This document shows positions 48,910 to 60,986 of a DNA stretch of 64,000 nt, piece by piece; within the stretch, counting starts at the first letter, position 1; each line of letters begins with the position of its first letter. This stretch comes from an uncultured Chloroflexia bacterium (lineage in GTDB: Bacteria > Chloroflexota > Limnocylindria > Limnocylindrales > CSP1-4), in the NCBI GenBank assembly GCA_963776545.1, contig CAVZND010000014.1, positions 13,740-77,739 of the forward strand. The letters are read 5' to 3'. The position numbers were made by a program, and so were the translations under genes. The notes beneath the pieces were generated by a model, which was not told the origin of the DNA, did no database searches, and saw only the letters and a program-made list of their open reading frames with translations.

Positions 48910-50801
48910 TCCGGCGGCCGGTCGCGATGCTCGTGGTGGCCGCCCTGCTCGTCGGGGCCTGTGAGTCCGCGCAGCCATCGACGCCGCCGACGACGAGCCC
49001 CACCCCGGCCGCCGTCGATTGGCACGACCCGAGCCTGCCGCCCGACGTCCGCGCCGAGGCCCTCCTCGCGGCGATGACGGTCGACGAGAAGATCGGCCAG
49101 ATGACCCAGCTCGAGAAAGACTCGGTCGACCCGGCCGGGGTCACGAACCTGCTGCTAGGCTCCGTCCTGAGCGGCGGTGGCGGGGCCCCGAACCAGAACG
49201 ACGCGGCCGGCTGGTACGCCATGGTGGAGGCGTACCAGGAGGCGGCCCTCGCGACCCGCCTCGGCATCCCGATCCTCTACGGCGTGGACGCGGTGCACGG
49301 TCACGGTAACGTGGTGGGCGCCACGATCTTCCCTCACCAGATCGGCCTGGGCGCGGCGAACGACGCCGGCCTCGTCGAGCGGATCGGCCGGGCCACAGCG
49401 GTCGAGCTGGCGGCCACGGGCATCCGCTGGGACTTCGGCCCCGTGCTGGCCGTTCCGCAGGACGTCCGCTGGGGGCGGACGTACGAGGGCTTCAGCGAGG
49501 ATCCACTGATCGTCGCTGACCTCGGCAGCGCGTTCATCCGCGGCCTCCAGGGCCCGGACCTGACCGCGATCGATTCGGCCGCCGCGACCGCCAAGCACTT
49601 CGTCGGTGATGGCGGCACCGCCTGGGGTTCGTCAACGACCCAGGACTACGCCATCGACCAGGGCGTGACCGACCTCGACGAAGCCACGTTCCGCGCCATC
49701 CATCTCACGCCGTACGAGGATGCGATCGCGGCGGGCGTCCGGGTCGTGATGGCCTCGTTCTCCAGCACGGGCGCCGGCAAGGTCCACGGCGACCATCACC
49801 TGCTGACCGAGGTGCTCAAGGGCGAGCTCGGGTTCACCGGGTTCATCGTCTCGGACTGGGGGGCGGTCGACCAGGTCGATCCCGACTACGACACCGCGGT
49901 GGCGACGGCCATCTCCGCGGGCATCGACATGGTCATGGTCCCGTTCGACGCCGCACGCTTCCAGGCGGCTGTCCGGACGGGCCTCGCCGCCGGCACGATC
50001 GAGGGCACGCGCGTGGATGACGCGGTCGCGCGGATCCTGCGCGTGAAGTTCGAGCTCGGTCTCTTCGAGACGCCGATCCCGCCCGGACGCGCAGCCGACC
50101 TCGGTTCGGCCGCGGATCGCGACCTGGCCCGGAGTGCCGCGGCCGCCTCGGCGGTGGTGCTCAAGACCACGGCCGGGGTGCTGCCCGTGGCCGGCGACTC
50201 CGGCCGCGTCCTGTTGGCCGGCTCCGGCGCGGACGACATCGGGCTGCAGTCGGGCGGCTGGACGATCGAGTGGCAGGGATCCGCCGGCCCGATCACGCCG
50301 GGGACGACGATCGCAGGCGCCCTGTCGGCTCGCCTGGGCGATCGCGTGACGGTGAACCCGGCCGGGGACTTCCCGGCCGGGACGCGAGCCCGCACCGGGA
50401 TCGTCGTGCTCGCCGAGCCGCCGTACGCCGAGGGCCCGGGCGACTCCGGCACGCTCGCCCTGCCGCGGGCCGATGTCGCGATCGTGGGCAAGGTCCGGCC
50501 CCTGGTCGACCGACTCGTCGTGGTCATCCTGTCGGGCCGGCCGGTCATGCTCGGTCGCTTCTGGTCCGATGCCGATGCGGTGATCGCCGCCTGGCTGCCC
50601 GGGACCGAGGGAACGGGCATCGCGGACGTGCTGCTCGGGGACGTGCCGTTCGGGGCCACGACGCCGTACACGTGGCCGCAGGCGCCCGACGACGCACCCC
50701 GGACTGGCAAGGACGCGTGCGACGGCGCGGTCTTCCCGAGCGGCTACGGCCTCGACGCGAGCGGGACGTTGCTCGGTCCGGAAGCCTGCGCGACGCCCTG
50801 A
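48906..50801 (+). CDS. glycoside hydrolase family 3 (beta-glucosidase-like), lipoprotein
   Basis: Lipobox LLVGAC. GH3 motifs (KHFVGDG, SDW). ATGA overlap with the upstream SDR. Confidence 0.85.
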   Translation: MIRRPVAMLVVAALLVGACESAQPSTPPTTSPTPAAVDWHDPSLPPDVRAEALLAAMTVDEKIGQMTQLEKDSVDPAGVTNLLLGSVLSGGGGAPNQNDAAGWYAMVEAYQEAALATRLGIPILYGVDAVHGHGNVVGATIFPHQIGLGAANDAGLVERIGRATAVELAATGIRWDFGPVLAVPQDVRWGRTYEGFSEDPLIVADLGSAFIRGLQGPDLTAIDSAAATAKHFVGDGGTAWGSSTTQDYAIDQGVTDLDEATFRAIHLTPYEDAIAAGVRVVMASFSSTGAGKVHGDHHLLTEVLKGELGFTGFIVSDWGAVDQVDPDYDTAVATAISAGIDMVMVPFDAARFQAAVRTGLAAGTIEGTRVDDAVARILRVKFELGLFETPIPPGRAADLGSAADRDLARSAAAASAVVLKTTAGVLPVAGDSGRVLLAGSGADDIGLQSGGWTIEWQGSAGPITPGTTIAGALSARLGDRVTVNPAGDFPAGTRARTGIVVLAEPPYAEGPGDSGTLALPRADVAIVGKVRPLVDRLVVVILSGRPVMLGRFWSDADAVIAAWLPGTEGTGIADVLLGDVPFGATTPYTWPQAPDDAPRTGKDACDGAVFPSGYGLDASGTLLGPEACATP

Positions 50802-50906
50802 CGCGGCGGTCGGCCTCGCGCGTATCGAGATCACCGACTCGCGCGCCGCCCGGCGCCGCAAACACGACCCTGTCGCAAACGGACGGTCCGCGCGTAGACT
50901 CGCGCG

Positions 50907-53900
50907 ATGGTGACCATGGTCTCGAGTCCGGAACTCGTCGGGCGCGCGTCAGAGCTCGCGGCACTGCGGGCAGCGCTGGCACGCGCGGCCGACGGCGAGC
51001 CGGGAATCGTGGTGGTCGCCGGCGAGGCGGGGATCGGCAAGACGCGGCTGATCGAGGAGCTCGTCGCCCTCGCCAAAGAGGACGGCGCGCGCGCTCTCGT
51101 CGGCGGCTGCCTGGACCTCGCCGACGACGGCCTGCCGTACGCGCCGCTGACCGAGGCGTTGCGGACGTTCCTGCGCGACCTGCCTCCGGATCGCATCGCG
51201 TCGATCCTGGGACCGGCGCGCGAGGAGATCGGCCGGCTGCTGCCCGGGATCGGACCGGTCGTGTCGGCGGGCACCGCCGGCCGTGACTCCGCCTCCGACG
51301 CGCGCTCGGGCCTCGCCCAGGCGAGCCTGTTCGGACTCGTCCTGGGGCTGCTCGGCGACCTCGGCGCGGAGGCCCCGACCCTGCTGGTCTTCGAGGACCT
51401 GCACTGGGTCGATCGCGGGACGCGGGACCTGGTCACGTTCCTTGCCCGCAATCTCGAGCGCGATCGCCTGCTGCTCGTGCTGACCGTCCGGACCGACGGA
51501 CTCGCGCATGGCGCTCCGGTCGCGGCCTGGCTGGCCGAGCTCGAGCGCGATCCGCGGACGAGCCGCCTGGACCTGGAGGGCCTGGATCGGACCGACGTCG
51601 CCCGACAGGTCGCCACGATCATGGGCGGCCTCGCCGACGACGCCCAGGTCGACCGGATCCACGCGCGCTCGGGTGGCAACCCGTTCTTCGTCGAAGAGCT
51701 CGTCGGGGTCGAGCGGCGCGGCGGCAACGGGCCGCTGCCGCGCACCCTGTCCGAGACGCTGGCCGGCCAGATCGCCGCGTTGCCCGACGAGAGCCAGCGG
51801 GTGCTCGGCGTCGTGGCCGTCGCCGGGCGACCGGTCGACGAGCGGCTCGTCGCGGCGGTCTCGGAGCGCGACGAGGTGGCGATCCGAGAGCCGATCCGGG
51901 CCGCCGTCACGGCGGGCGTGCTCGTTCCCGACCCGGCCACCGGCTCGCTCCGACCACGTCACGCGTTGCTCGGCGAGGTGCTCGAGCAGGAGCTGCTGCC
52001 GGCCGAGCGACGAAGCATCCACGAGCGGTTCGCCATCGTCCTCTCCGAGCGGTCGGAGCTCGCCGACCCGAGCCCGGCCGGAGCGGCCGCCGAGCTCGCC
52101 CATCACTGGCTGGCCGCCAACCGGCCGAGCGAGGCGTTCGGTGCCTGCGTCGCCGCGGCCCAGGCGGCCGAATCGGTCTATGCCTTCGCGGCGGCCTGTC
52201 GCCAGTACAGCCTCGCGATCGGGCTCGAGTCGCGGCTGTCGGATGAGGAGCGCAGCGCCTCGGGCGCGCCGGACCCGGTCGAGCTTCGGCGACGAGCGGC
52301 GTGGGTCGCCGACGACGCGGGTGACAGCGAGCAGGCGATCGCCTGGATCCGCGAGGCGCTCGAGCGTGTCGATGTGACCGAACAGCCGGGCCTGGCCGGC
52401 TATCTCCACTCCCGGATCGGCTACGGCCTGTGGACCCAGGACCGCAACGAGGAGGCGCTCGCGGAGCACCGGGAGGCCGTCCGGCTGGTGCCCGAGAAGC
52501 CGCCGACGGCCGAGCGCGCGCATGTGCTCGTGGGCCTCGCCGGATGGTTGATGGGCGCCGGTCACTACGGGGAGTCCCGACAGGTCGGCGAGCAGGCGAT
52601 CGCCTGCGCGGTCGCCGCCGGCGCGGCTGCCGCCGAAGGTCGTGCGCGGGCCATCGTCGGGCCCGACCTCGTCTCGCTCGGCGAGCCGGAAGCGGGGATC
52701 GCCGAGCTGGAGGCCGCACGCCGGATCGCCCAGGAACAGCGTCTCATCGACATCGAGATCCTGGCGCTCGCCAACCTCTCGTATCAGTTGATCGTCGCCG
52801 ATCGCCTCGACGACGCCGTGGCCGCGGCGACCGATGGCATCGACGCCGCGAGATCGCACGGTCTCGAGCGCCGGTTCGGCCCGCACTTCCACGCGGTCGC
52901 GATCGACGCGCTGTTTCGTGCGGGGCGTTGGGCGGAGGCCGAGGCGGACGCCCGCAGCAGCCTCGATCGCCAGGCTGGTGGGCTGGGCACGGCATATCGC
53001 GATGTCGCCGCCGCGCGCCTCTTCACCGCCCGTGGCGAGGCGACCGTCGCGCATGCGCTGCTGGCGCCCTCGGAGCGCCTGGCGGTGGGCGAGATCGACG
53101 CCGACGTCGGGGCGTACGTCGCGCTGGTCGCCGCCGAGCTCGCGATCGACGAAGGCGAGCCCGAGCGGGCGACCGCGGCCGTGACCACGGGCTGGGCCCA
53201 CCTCGACGCCGGTGACGACACGGTCCTGGTCGGACCGCTCTGCGCCCTCGGCCTGCGCGCGGCCGCGGACCGCGCCGAACGCGCACGGGCATTGCGCCGC
53301 CCGGCCGAGATCGCCTCGGCCGAAGCCGACGGGGCGGCGGCGATGGCACGCGCCGAGAGCCTCTGGACCGAGCACCCGCCGACGACGGCCTCGGGCCGAG
53401 CGCTGCAGGCGCTGTGTGCGGCGGAGTCGGCGCGCCTCGCGGAGACCGCGGACGCCGCCGCCTGGCGGGCGGTCGCCGACGCGTGGGCTTCGGTGCCCAC
53501 CCCATACGCGACGGCCTACGCGCGACTGCGCGAGGCGGAGGCGTCGTTGATGAGCGGTGGCCGCGACGACGCGGCCGTGACCCTGAACCAGGCGTCCGAG
53601 GCCGCGACCGCGCTCGGGGCCCGGCCGTTGCTCGACGGCATCGACCGACTCGCGCGACGCGGCCGGCTGGCGATCGCCGCGGTCGAGCCCGCGGCCGCCA
53701 CGTCAGGCGATGACGAAGCCGGGGACCTCGTGGCCGAGGCGGCCTCGAAGGCCGGCCCGGTCGCGCCTGCCGGCCCGCTGGTCGATCTTGGCCTCTCGGT
53801 GCGGGAACTCGAGGTACTCGCGCTGGTGGCGGCAGGTCGGACCAACGGGCAGATCGCCAAGGAACTGTTCATCAGCCCCAAGACGGCGAGCGTGCACGTG

Positions 53901-54005
53901 ACGCACATCCTCGACAAGCTGGGCGTCAGCAGCCGGATCGAGGCGGCCATGATCGCGGCCAGGGCCGGCCTGGCCGCCGCCGACGAGACGGACGACCGGG
54001 ACTAG
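50907..54005 (+). CDS. LAL-family regulator (AAA ATPase + TPR-like region + LuxR HTH)
   Basis: Walker A GEAGIGKT; C-terminal LuxR HTH. Confidence 0.85.
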   Translation: MVTMVSSPELVGRASELAALRAALARAADGEPGIVVVAGEAGIGKTRLIEELVALAKEDGARALVGGCLDLADDGLPYAPLTEALRTFLRDLPPDRIASILGPAREEIGRLLPGIGPVVSAGTAGRDSASDARSGLAQASLFGLVLGLLGDLGAEAPTLLVFEDLHWVDRGTRDLVTFLARNLERDRLLLVLTVRTDGLAHGAPVAAWLAELERDPRTSRLDLEGLDRTDVARQVATIMGGLADDAQVDRIHARSGGNPFFVEELVGVERRGGNGPLPRTLSETLAGQIAALPDESQRVLGVVAVAGRPVDERLVAAVSERDEVAIREPIRAAVTAGVLVPDPATGSLRPRHALLGEVLEQELLPAERRSIHERFAIVLSERSELADPSPAGAAAELAHHWLAANRPSEAFGACVAAAQAAESVYAFAAACRQYSLAIGLESRLSDEERSASGAPDPVELRRRAAWVADDAGDSEQAIAWIREALERVDVTEQPGLAGYLHSRIGYGLWTQDRNEEALAEHREAVRLVPEKPPTAERAHVLVGLAGWLMGAGHYGESRQVGEQAIACAVAAGAAAAEGRARAIVGPDLVSLGEPEAGIAELEAARRIAQEQRLIDIEILALANLSYQLIVADRLDDAVAAATDGIDAARSHGLERRFGPHFHAVAIDALFRAGRWAEAEADARSSLDRQAGGLGTAYRDVAAARLFTARGEATVAHALLAPSERLAVGEIDADVGAYVALVAAELAIDEGEPERATAAVTTGWAHLDAGDDTVLVGPLCALGLRAAADRAERARALRRPAEIASAEADGAAAMARAESLWTEHPPTTASGRALQALCAAESARLAETADAAAWRAVADAWASVPTPYATAYARLREAEASLMSGGRDDAAVTLNQASEAATALGARPLLDGIDRLARRGRLAIAAVEPAAATSGDDEAGDLVAEAASKAGPVAPAGPLVDLGLSVRELEVLALVAAGRTNGQIAKELFISPKTASVHVTHILDKLGVSSRIEAAMIAARAGLAAADETDDRD

Positions 54006-54490
54006 TCGCCGGTTCGTCCAGGCCGCTTCCGTGATCGGCCGGCCGGTGGCACGCTGACGGCGAAGATCTGGACGGGGATGCCCTCGGCGTCCTTCGTGCC
54101 GACATGGATGTCCTGGATCAGGAGCCCGTCGGCGGTCACCCGCTTCACGAAATCCAGGAGCGTGCCGCTTTCGTCGGTCAGATGCTCGGCGCGCACTTCG
54201 TACACCTGGGCGGCCCAGCCCTCCTTCACGAGGAGTCTCCTGGCGGCGTGCGCGGCCCGGTCGTGGTCCTCGTCGGCCGAGCGTCCATCCACCCAGAAGG
54301 TGAACTCGCCGCCGAACTCGATCTGGCTGCCACCGGCAGCGCGCAGGTTGAACCCCTTGCTCTTGAGGAAGGTGAGCATCTCGACGAGGGCGCCAGCGCG
54401 GTAGGTCGCGCTGATCGCGCCGTCTTCGCCTTCTTCGCCCTCGATCGTCATGCCGCTCTTCGGCACGCTGGCCCTGACCTGGAGATGCAT
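54002..54490 (-). CDS. tandem ACT-like domain protein
   Basis: GGAGGAGG RBS. Architecture similar to the 31680..32069 protein. Confidence 0.5.
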   Translation of the reverse strand: MHLQVRASVPKSGMTIEGEEGEDGAISATYRAGALVEMLTFLKSKGFNLRAAGGSQIEFGGEFTFWVDGRSADEDHDRAAHAARRLLVKEGWAAQVYEVRAEHLTDESGTLLDFVKRVTADGLLIQDIHVGTKDAEGIPVQIFAVSVPPAGRSRKRPGRTGD

Positions 54491-54584
54491 CCCGGACCTC
54501 CTCCACCCCCTCCGACGATGACGGTCCGGAAATGGTACGACCCGGGTGTACGCGTTCCGTCACCCAGGTCGTACCGGATCGCTG

Positions 54585-54761
54585 TCACGCGCTGGTCGGC
54601 TTGAACATGAGCCAGCGCAGGTCGCGGACGCGGAACCGATCTCGCGGCTCCTCGTGCACGACCGTGCTGCGGTTCCGGACCAGGCGATCGCGCCTGGCCT
54701 CGTCTTCCAGCGCCGCGTGGCGGGCCTTGGCGAGCTGAAGCATCGTCTCCGGGTGATTCAT
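54585..54761 (-). CDS. small hypothetical protein (58 aa)
   Basis: AAGGAGG RBS 7 nt upstream of the ATG (MNHPETMLQLAK…). Confidence 0.4.
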   Translation of the reverse strand: MNHPETMLQLAKARHAALEDEARRDRLVRNRSTVVHEEPRDRFRVRDLRWLMFKPTSA

Positions 54762-54926
54762 CTCGAACCTCCTTGGATGGTCCGCCGAACACGTGTCGGC
54801 GATGTCGTCCAAGGTGGCGTCGATCGGCGCTGGGGCCATCGGGCGGCGACCCGACGATCGATCGGGGCGGACCCTCAATCTCGGAGGCCGTCTTAAGGGG
54901 GCTACCTTAGGAGGCCGGGCCCAGGG

Positions 54927-55334
54927 TCAGTCGAGCCAGACGCGATCCTGGTTGTCGGGGTCGTCGATCGGCGACGAGATGAAGAGGACCTGCGGCGCGT
55001 CCTCGAACTGGCCGCCGTGCGGGGTGTTCGCTGGGATGACCCAGACATCGCCCTTCTTGACCGGCCGCGTGACGCCGCCGACGGTCACCGAGCCCGTGCC
55101 CTCCAGGACGTAGCCGATCTCGTCGTGGGTCGTGTGGACGTGCGAGCGGAACGGTCCCGCATGGCCCTGGAAGACGAAGACGCTCGACTGCGAGCCATGA
55201 CCGAGATAGGTCCGCTTGAACACGTCGGCGTCGGTGAGCTTGTCGGCCTCGACGGCCGCGGCGACGTCCACCACGTCGATCTTCGTCAGGTGGCTCAGGT
55301 CCCCGGCCGGGTGGTCGGTCTCGTGATGGCTCAT
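54927..55334 (-). CDS. cupin domain protein
   Basis: AAGGAGG RBS. Cupin motifs G(X)5HxH and PxGxxH. Confidence 0.75.
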   Translation of the reverse strand: MSHHETDHPAGDLSHLTKIDVVDVAAAVEADKLTDADVFKRTYLGHGSQSSVFVFQGHAGPFRSHVHTTHDEIGYVLEGTGSVTVGGVTRPVKKGDVWVIPANTPHGGQFEDAPQVLFISSPIDDPDNQDRVWLD

Positions 55335-55977
55335 CGGCGATCCTCCTTCGCTCGGTCGCGTCGGGCGACCACCGCTTCGAACAGGAAGTGATAGACCTCG
55401 GTGTGGCGCTTGGCCTCCCACACGTCGTCGCCCCAGATGTAGGCGCCGTGGTCGGCGACGATGACCGCGAATGTCCGCTCGAAGCGCGGATCGGCCAGGA
55501 CCGCCTCGAGCTGCTCGACCAGCTCGCCCTCGCGCGGCGTGTTACGGATGACCGGCAACAGGTGGACGTCGCGGTTGCCGAGGCCGCGGATGCCCTTGAG
55601 CATCTCGAGGTCGCGGATCTCGATGTGGTCCGAATCGGTCGCCAGGTCGCCGGCCAGGACCGCGGAGAGGGCATGCGAATGGACCACGCTCCGGGCGCCG
55701 CGTTCGCGGGCGGCGAGGCAGAAGATCGAGTTGCACTCGCTCGGGCGCAGCGACGGGTCGGCCGGGGCGTCGAGCACGCGCCCGTCGGCGGTATCGACCG
55801 TGAAGAACTCGTCGGGCCGGATCCGTTCCTTGTGAACGCCCGTCGGCGCCAGCAGGAGGCCTCCCCCGTCGGCCGGCCCGGAGATGCCGCCACCGGTCCC
55901 CGACACCCAGCCTTTCCCGTAGAAGGTGCCCAGCAGCTCGACGAGCAGCTCACGGGTGGCTCGTTCGGCGGTGCTCA
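55331..55977 (-). CDS. mtnB: class II aldolase/adducin family (methylthioribulose-1-phosphate dehydratase-like)
   Basis: GSGGGIS…HSH motifs; ATG at 55977. Confidence 0.7.
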
Positions 55978-56083
55978 TGACGCTGGGTAGGGTAGCGCCG
56001 CGACCGCCCGGCCGGCGCGACGAGGCGGCTCGCCGGTCCGCCGATGTCGACCCGCTCGGACGGTCTGGTCTATCGTCCGCCGC

Positions 56084-57832
56084 GTGACCCAGCGAACCGG
56101 ACAGCGGCCGGACACGGACCGACTCATCGCGGACCGGTACCGGCTGGGCGAGATCATCGGGCGCGGCGGGATGGCGACCATCTATCGCGCCCACGACACG
56201 CGCCTCGGCCGCGACGTCGCGCTCAAGCTCCTGCGACCCGAGATCAGCGCCGATCGCGACCTCGCCGACCGCTTCCGTCGCGAGGCCCTGGCTGCGACGG
56301 TCCTTCGCCATCAGAACATCGTGGCGTGCACGGACACCGGCTCGGACCCGGCCGGACCCTTCATGGTCATGGATCTCGTCGAGGGGGAGGATCTCGCCGC
56401 GCGCCTGGCGCGGACGGGACCGCTCTCGTCCCGCGAGGTCGCCCGCATCGGGCTCGACATCGCCCGAGCGCTCGGGGTCGCACACATCCGCGGGATCGTC
56501 CACCGAGACGTGAAGCCCAGCAACATCCTGATCGCTCTCGACGGCCGCGCGATGATCACCGACTTCGGGATCGCCCGGTTGGCCGCCGATGCCGAAGGGG
56601 CCCTGCCGGGGACCACCCTCGGCTCGGTCCAGTACTTCAGCCCCGAGCAGGCGCAGGGCCTGACCACGACCCCCGCCTCCGACGTCTATGGCCTGGGCCT
56701 GGTCATGTACGAGGCCCTGACCGGTCTCCGGCCGTGGGGCGGCGACACGCCCGGCCGCATCGCCCTCGCCCGCGTGGGTGCCACGGCCCCGTCGCCACGG
56801 GACGCCCGGGCGGACGTCCCGATCGCGCTCGACGCGGTCATCACGAAGGCGCTCGCGGCCGATCCCGCGACCCGCTATCCGAGCGGAGCGGCCATGGCCG
56901 TGGCCCTGGAGCCGCTCCTGGGCGCGGTCGATCCCGGCAGCCGCACGACCGTCGTCGACCGGAGCGCGTGGGCGACGGCGCCCGGGCCGGATCGGGCCGG
57001 TTCCACGGCAGCCCGCGGCCGCCCGGCGGGAGGATCGGGAGGGTCGGGCGGCCGGATCGGCCGCGTGCTCGGCTTGGGCATCATCGGGCTCGCGGTGGCG
57101 GCGCTGGCTGTCGCCGCGCTCCCCGCGCTCGGCCAGGTGGGCGGCCCCGCCCCCGCAACGACCAGGCCGACTGCGACCTCGGCCGCGGTCGCGGAAGTGA
57201 CGCCCCGCCCGACCCCGAAACCGACCCCGAAGCCGACCGCGACGCCCCAGCCGACCCCGGACCCGACACCCAAGCCGACGCCGAAAGCGGCCGATCCCAG
57301 CGACGTGGCCGGCCTGTGCGACCCGTTCTTCGACCTGGCGTGCTCGCTCGGCCCCGGGCGCTACGCGCCGACCCGGTTCGAGCCGGCCGTCTCGTTCAAG
57401 CTCGGCGATGGCTGGTCGACGGCCAGCAACGCCGAACGGCTCGTCGTCCTGACCCGGGACGAGGGGTTCATGACCCTCGCCAGCGCGGTCGAGGTGCGCG
57501 GCGGGTCGGGTCGCGAGGAGGACACGTCCAAGAAGTTCATCGCCGCGGTCGCGGGACACGACGGCCTGTCCGCGACGCGTCCGGCGAAGGTCAAGATCGA
57601 TCGCCTCCGCGGCCGCTCGGTCGACGTGACGCGGTCCAGCCGCAGGCGCCTCGAGCTCTTCGCGGCCGACGGGACGCCCTACTACCTCGAACCGGGCCGA
57701 GTCACCCGCGTGGTCGCACTCGACGTCGGGGACGAGGTGCTCGTGATCGTCATCGAACCGAATGACGGTCACGACCTGCGCGCCATCCTCGACACCGCCG
57801 ACGACGTCGCCGCGAGCCTGCGGACGCGCTGA
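56084..57832 (+). CDS. Ser/Thr protein kinase with TM segment, Pro/Thr-rich linker and extracytoplasmic domain
   Basis: GxGxxG…VALK, HRDVKPSN and DFG motifs. (TPKP)n linker at ~57200-57290. Confidence 0.9.
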   Translation: MTQRTGQRPDTDRLIADRYRLGEIIGRGGMATIYRAHDTRLGRDVALKLLRPEISADRDLADRFRREALAATVLRHQNIVACTDTGSDPAGPFMVMDLVEGEDLAARLARTGPLSSREVARIGLDIARALGVAHIRGIVHRDVKPSNILIALDGRAMITDFGIARLAADAEGALPGTTLGSVQYFSPEQAQGLTTTPASDVYGLGLVMYEALTGLRPWGGDTPGRIALARVGATAPSPRDARADVPIALDAVITKALAADPATRYPSGAAMAVALEPLLGAVDPGSRTTVVDRSAWATAPGPDRAGSTAARGRPAGGSGGSGGRIGRVLGLGIIGLAVAALAVAALPALGQVGGPAPATTRPTATSAAVAEVTPRPTPKPTPKPTATPQPTPDPTPKPTPKAADPSDVAGLCDPFFDLACSLGPGRYAPTRFEPAVSFKLGDGWSTASNAERLVVLTRDEGFMTLASAVEVRGGSGREEDTSKKFIAAVAGHDGLSATRPAKVKIDRLRGRSVDVTRSSRRRLELFAADGTPYYLEPGRVTRVVALDVGDEVLVIVIEPNDGHDLRAILDTADDVAASLRTR

Positions 57833-57984
57833 CCGGCACGCCCGGTCGGGCGACGCCGTCGGGTGCGGCGATGGGACGTCCGGTGCCGTCTGGTGGGCCA
57901 ATCGAACCAGAGACACGCCTGGTGGGCGCGCCCACCCTTCGGAAGTGCAACCAGCGGCGTTCTACCGAGCGCGGCGGTCGGGCG

Positions 57985-59996
57985 TGGCAAGGGTGGGGAG
58001 GCGACGCCTGTTCGACGACACCCACGTGCTGCTGGCGATCGCCATCTGCGTGGCGTCCACGATCATCGAGCTCGTCTCGGGCAATCCAGAGGTCCTGCAG
58101 GTCGTCGCCCTCGGATTGCTGTACGTCGCCTTCCAGATGGGGCTCGGAGCCTGGCGAACGCCGATCTCGCGTCCCACGCCACGTCTCCTGTTCGCCGTCG
58201 CATTCGTGTTCGGCTTGAGCCTGACGGTCGGTGAGGTCGCCGCGCGACCGATGACCTCGCTGTACCTGCCGATCGTGTCAGTGGCGGCTGCGTACGGCCG
58301 GCGCGAAGGGCTGATCGTCAGCCTTGGGGCGGTCATCGCCTACGCCGCGCCGATCTTCCTACTCGACACGCCGGTGTCGCCGCTGATCCAGCGAGGCGCC
58401 GCGTTCCTCGTCACGATGGTCGTCCTCGCGATGGGGACTCGGCGCACGGTGGGCGCCCTCGAGGCGGCGATCCTGCGCGCCCGCCGAGCCCGGACCCGCG
58501 AGCGACGGCGGGCCCGCCAGATGGCCGGCATCGAGGCCGTCGGCCACCTGCTCGCGCGGGGCTCGTCGTCGGCAGCCCTCGAGGGGCTGATGGACCTCAT
58601 GACGGGGCGCTTCGGCTATCGCTACGTGTCGATCTACCTGCTCCAGGACGATGGGACGGTGCGGCTGGGGGCGCAGCGCGGGTACGAGACCGTCCTGGAG
58701 ACATTCGACGGCTCGACCGGCGTCGTCGGTCGCGTGATGCGGACCCGTGAGACCGCCTTCGTTCGCGATACCCGCGACGATCCCGACTACCGCGCGGCCA
58801 ACCAGGACGTCCTGAGTGAGATCTCGACACCGCTCCTGGCAGCGGGCGAGTTGCTCGGTGTGCTCAACGTCGAGGACCCCCGGGTGGACGGCTTCGACGA
58901 CAGCGACCGCTCGACCCTGATCCTCATCGCCGAGCGTGTGGCCGCAGCGATCGCCCTCGGCCGGGAGCGCCTGGCCATCGCCCAGCGAGCCGAGCTCTTC
59001 CAGGCCCTGGCCGGGTTCTCGCGGACCGTCAACGCGTCGCTCGATCCTCGCCAGCTCTTCGAGGTCATCGTGGAGGCGGTCGCGACCACGATGCGGAGCG
59101 ATCTGGTCGTCCTGACCACACGTGACACGTCGGTCGGCGACTATCGGATCGCTTCGATGAAGGGCGGCGATCACCAATTCGTCGGCGTCCGGATCCCGGA
59201 GGGTGAGGGGATGTCCGGACGCGCCATCGCCGAACGACGCCTGGTCGTCGAGGCGCGACTGGAGCGTTCCGGGTTCCCGTCGACGGTCCAGACCGCCCAG
59301 AGCGCCGACGTCATGACGTCGGCCGCCGTGCCGCTCCTCTCCGACGACGCCGTCCTGGGGGCGCTCTCGGTCGCGCGGCTCGACCTGTCACGACCGTACA
59401 CGCAGCTCGAACAGGAGGTCCTGCCCATCATCGCGGGCCACGTCTCGCTGGCGATCGCGAACGCGGAGCTGCATGCCCAGATGGCGGACGCGGCGATCCG
59501 CGATCCACTCACCGGGCTGTTCAACCGTCGCTACCTCGACGCCGCCTTGGAGCGACTGCTCGCCGCCCGCGACCGCCTCGAGCCTTCGGAGCGCCGGCCG
59601 GTCGCCGCGATCTTGTTCGACCTCGACCACTTCGGCAACTTCAACAAGAAGCATGGGCATCGGGTCGGAGACACGGTGCTCCGGACGTTCGCCTCGATCC
59701 TGCAGGGCCGGTTCCGGGCGAGCGACATCGTCGCGCGATACGGTGGCGAGGAATTCCTCGTCTTCCTCGACGGCGCGAGCCTCGCCGAGGCGGCGAGGAT
59801 CGCCGATGAGGTCCGGCGTGAGCTCGCGTCCATGCCGATCGCCCTCGACGGTGGCGGTTCGGTCCGGGCCACGGTCTCGGCGGGTTGCTCGGCCGTCGGG
59901 CCCCAGATCAGTTCGACCGAGTCGCTCTTGCAGGTGGCCGACGTCGGCCTGCAGATGGCAAAGCGTGCGGGGCGCAACCAGGTCGTCGCGGCCTGA
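57985..59996 (+). CDS. membrane sensor diguanylate cyclase (TM region - GAF x2 - GGDEF)
   Basis: RYGGEEF active site. Start approximate (GTG ~57976-57985). Confidence 0.8.
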
Positions 59997-60026
59997 CGGA
60001 GTGGACCCGGTAGGCTTCGCGACCTG

Positions 60027-60986
60027 ATGCCCCTCGTCGCCATCCGTGGCCTGACCAAGCGCTACCCCGGCGGCGTGACCGCCCTCGACGGCCTGACGCT
60101 CGACCTGGAGCCCGGCGTCATCGGCCTCGTCGGCGCGAACGGAGCCGGCAAGAGCACGCTCCTCAAGATCCTGCTGGGCCTGCTGTCGCCGACCTCGGGC
60201 ATGGCCGAGGTGATGGGCATGGACGTCCGGGGCCAGGGAACGGCCATCCGCCAGTTCGTCGGCTACATGCCCGAATCGGACTGCCTGCCGCCCGAGACAT
60301 CCGCGACGGACTTCGTGAGCCACATGGCCCAGATGTCCGGCCTGCCAGGCTCCGCGGCCCGGGAGCGGACGGCCGAGGTCCTCCGCCACGTCGGGCTGTA
60401 CGAGGAGCGCTACCGGGCGATCGGCGGCTACTCGACCGGCATGAAGCAGCGGGTGAAGCTGGCCCAGGCGCTCGTTCACGATCCCCGGCTGCTCCTGCTC
60501 GATGAGCCGACCAACGGGCTCGATCCGGCCGGTCGTGACGAGATGCTGGCGCTCGTTCGGCGGACCGGCACCGAGTTCGGCATCGCGGTGATCGTGGCGA
60601 GCCACCTGCTCGGTGAGATCGAGCGCGTGTCGGACTATCTGGTCGCGATCGACGCCGGGCACTTGCTGCATGCGGCTCCCCTCGGCACGTTCATCGAGCG
60701 GACCGGCTACCTCGCGGTCGAGGTGGAGGAGGGGGAGGAGCGCCTGGCGGCGGCCCTGGCGGCGGGCGGCCTGACGCCGGCCGTCGACGGACGGACGGTC
60801 GTCGTGCCGATCCAGGACGAGCGCCCGTACGACATCGTGCGCGACGCCCTGGCGGAGCTGGGCCTGCCGCTCGTCCGTCTCGAGCAGCGCCGCAAGGGCC
60901 TCGAGGACCTATTCGCCGACGCCCCGCTGGATGCAGCCGTGGCGTCCACGGCGGATCCGGCCGACGGCCCGGGGGCATCGGCATGA
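60027..60986 (+). CDS. ABC transporter ATP-binding protein
   Basis: Walker A GANGAGKST, LSGGM-like signature, Walker B LLLDEP. Confidence 0.9.
   Translation: MPLVAIRGLTKRYPGGVTALDGLTLDLEPGVIGLVGANGAGKSTLLKILLGLLSPTSGMAEVMGMDVRGQGTAIRQFVGYMPESDCLPPETSATDFVSHMAQMSGLPGSAARERTAEVLRHVGLYEERYRAIGGYSTGMKQRVKLAQALVHDPRLLLLDEPTNGLDPAGRDEMLALVRRTGTEFGIAVIVASHLLGEIERVSDYLVAIDAGHLLHAAPLGTFIERTGYLAVEVEEGEERLAAALAAGGLTPAVDGRTVVVPIQDERPYDIVRDALAELGLPLVRLEQRRKGLEDLFADAPLDAAVASTADPADGPGASA

Noticed and set aside
57150-57300. Pro/Thr-rich nucleotide repeats (TPKP)n and the Gly-rich run at 6553..6650
   Set aside because: These are low-complexity linker or tail regions inside coding sequences, not independent repeat elements or CRISPR-like arrays.
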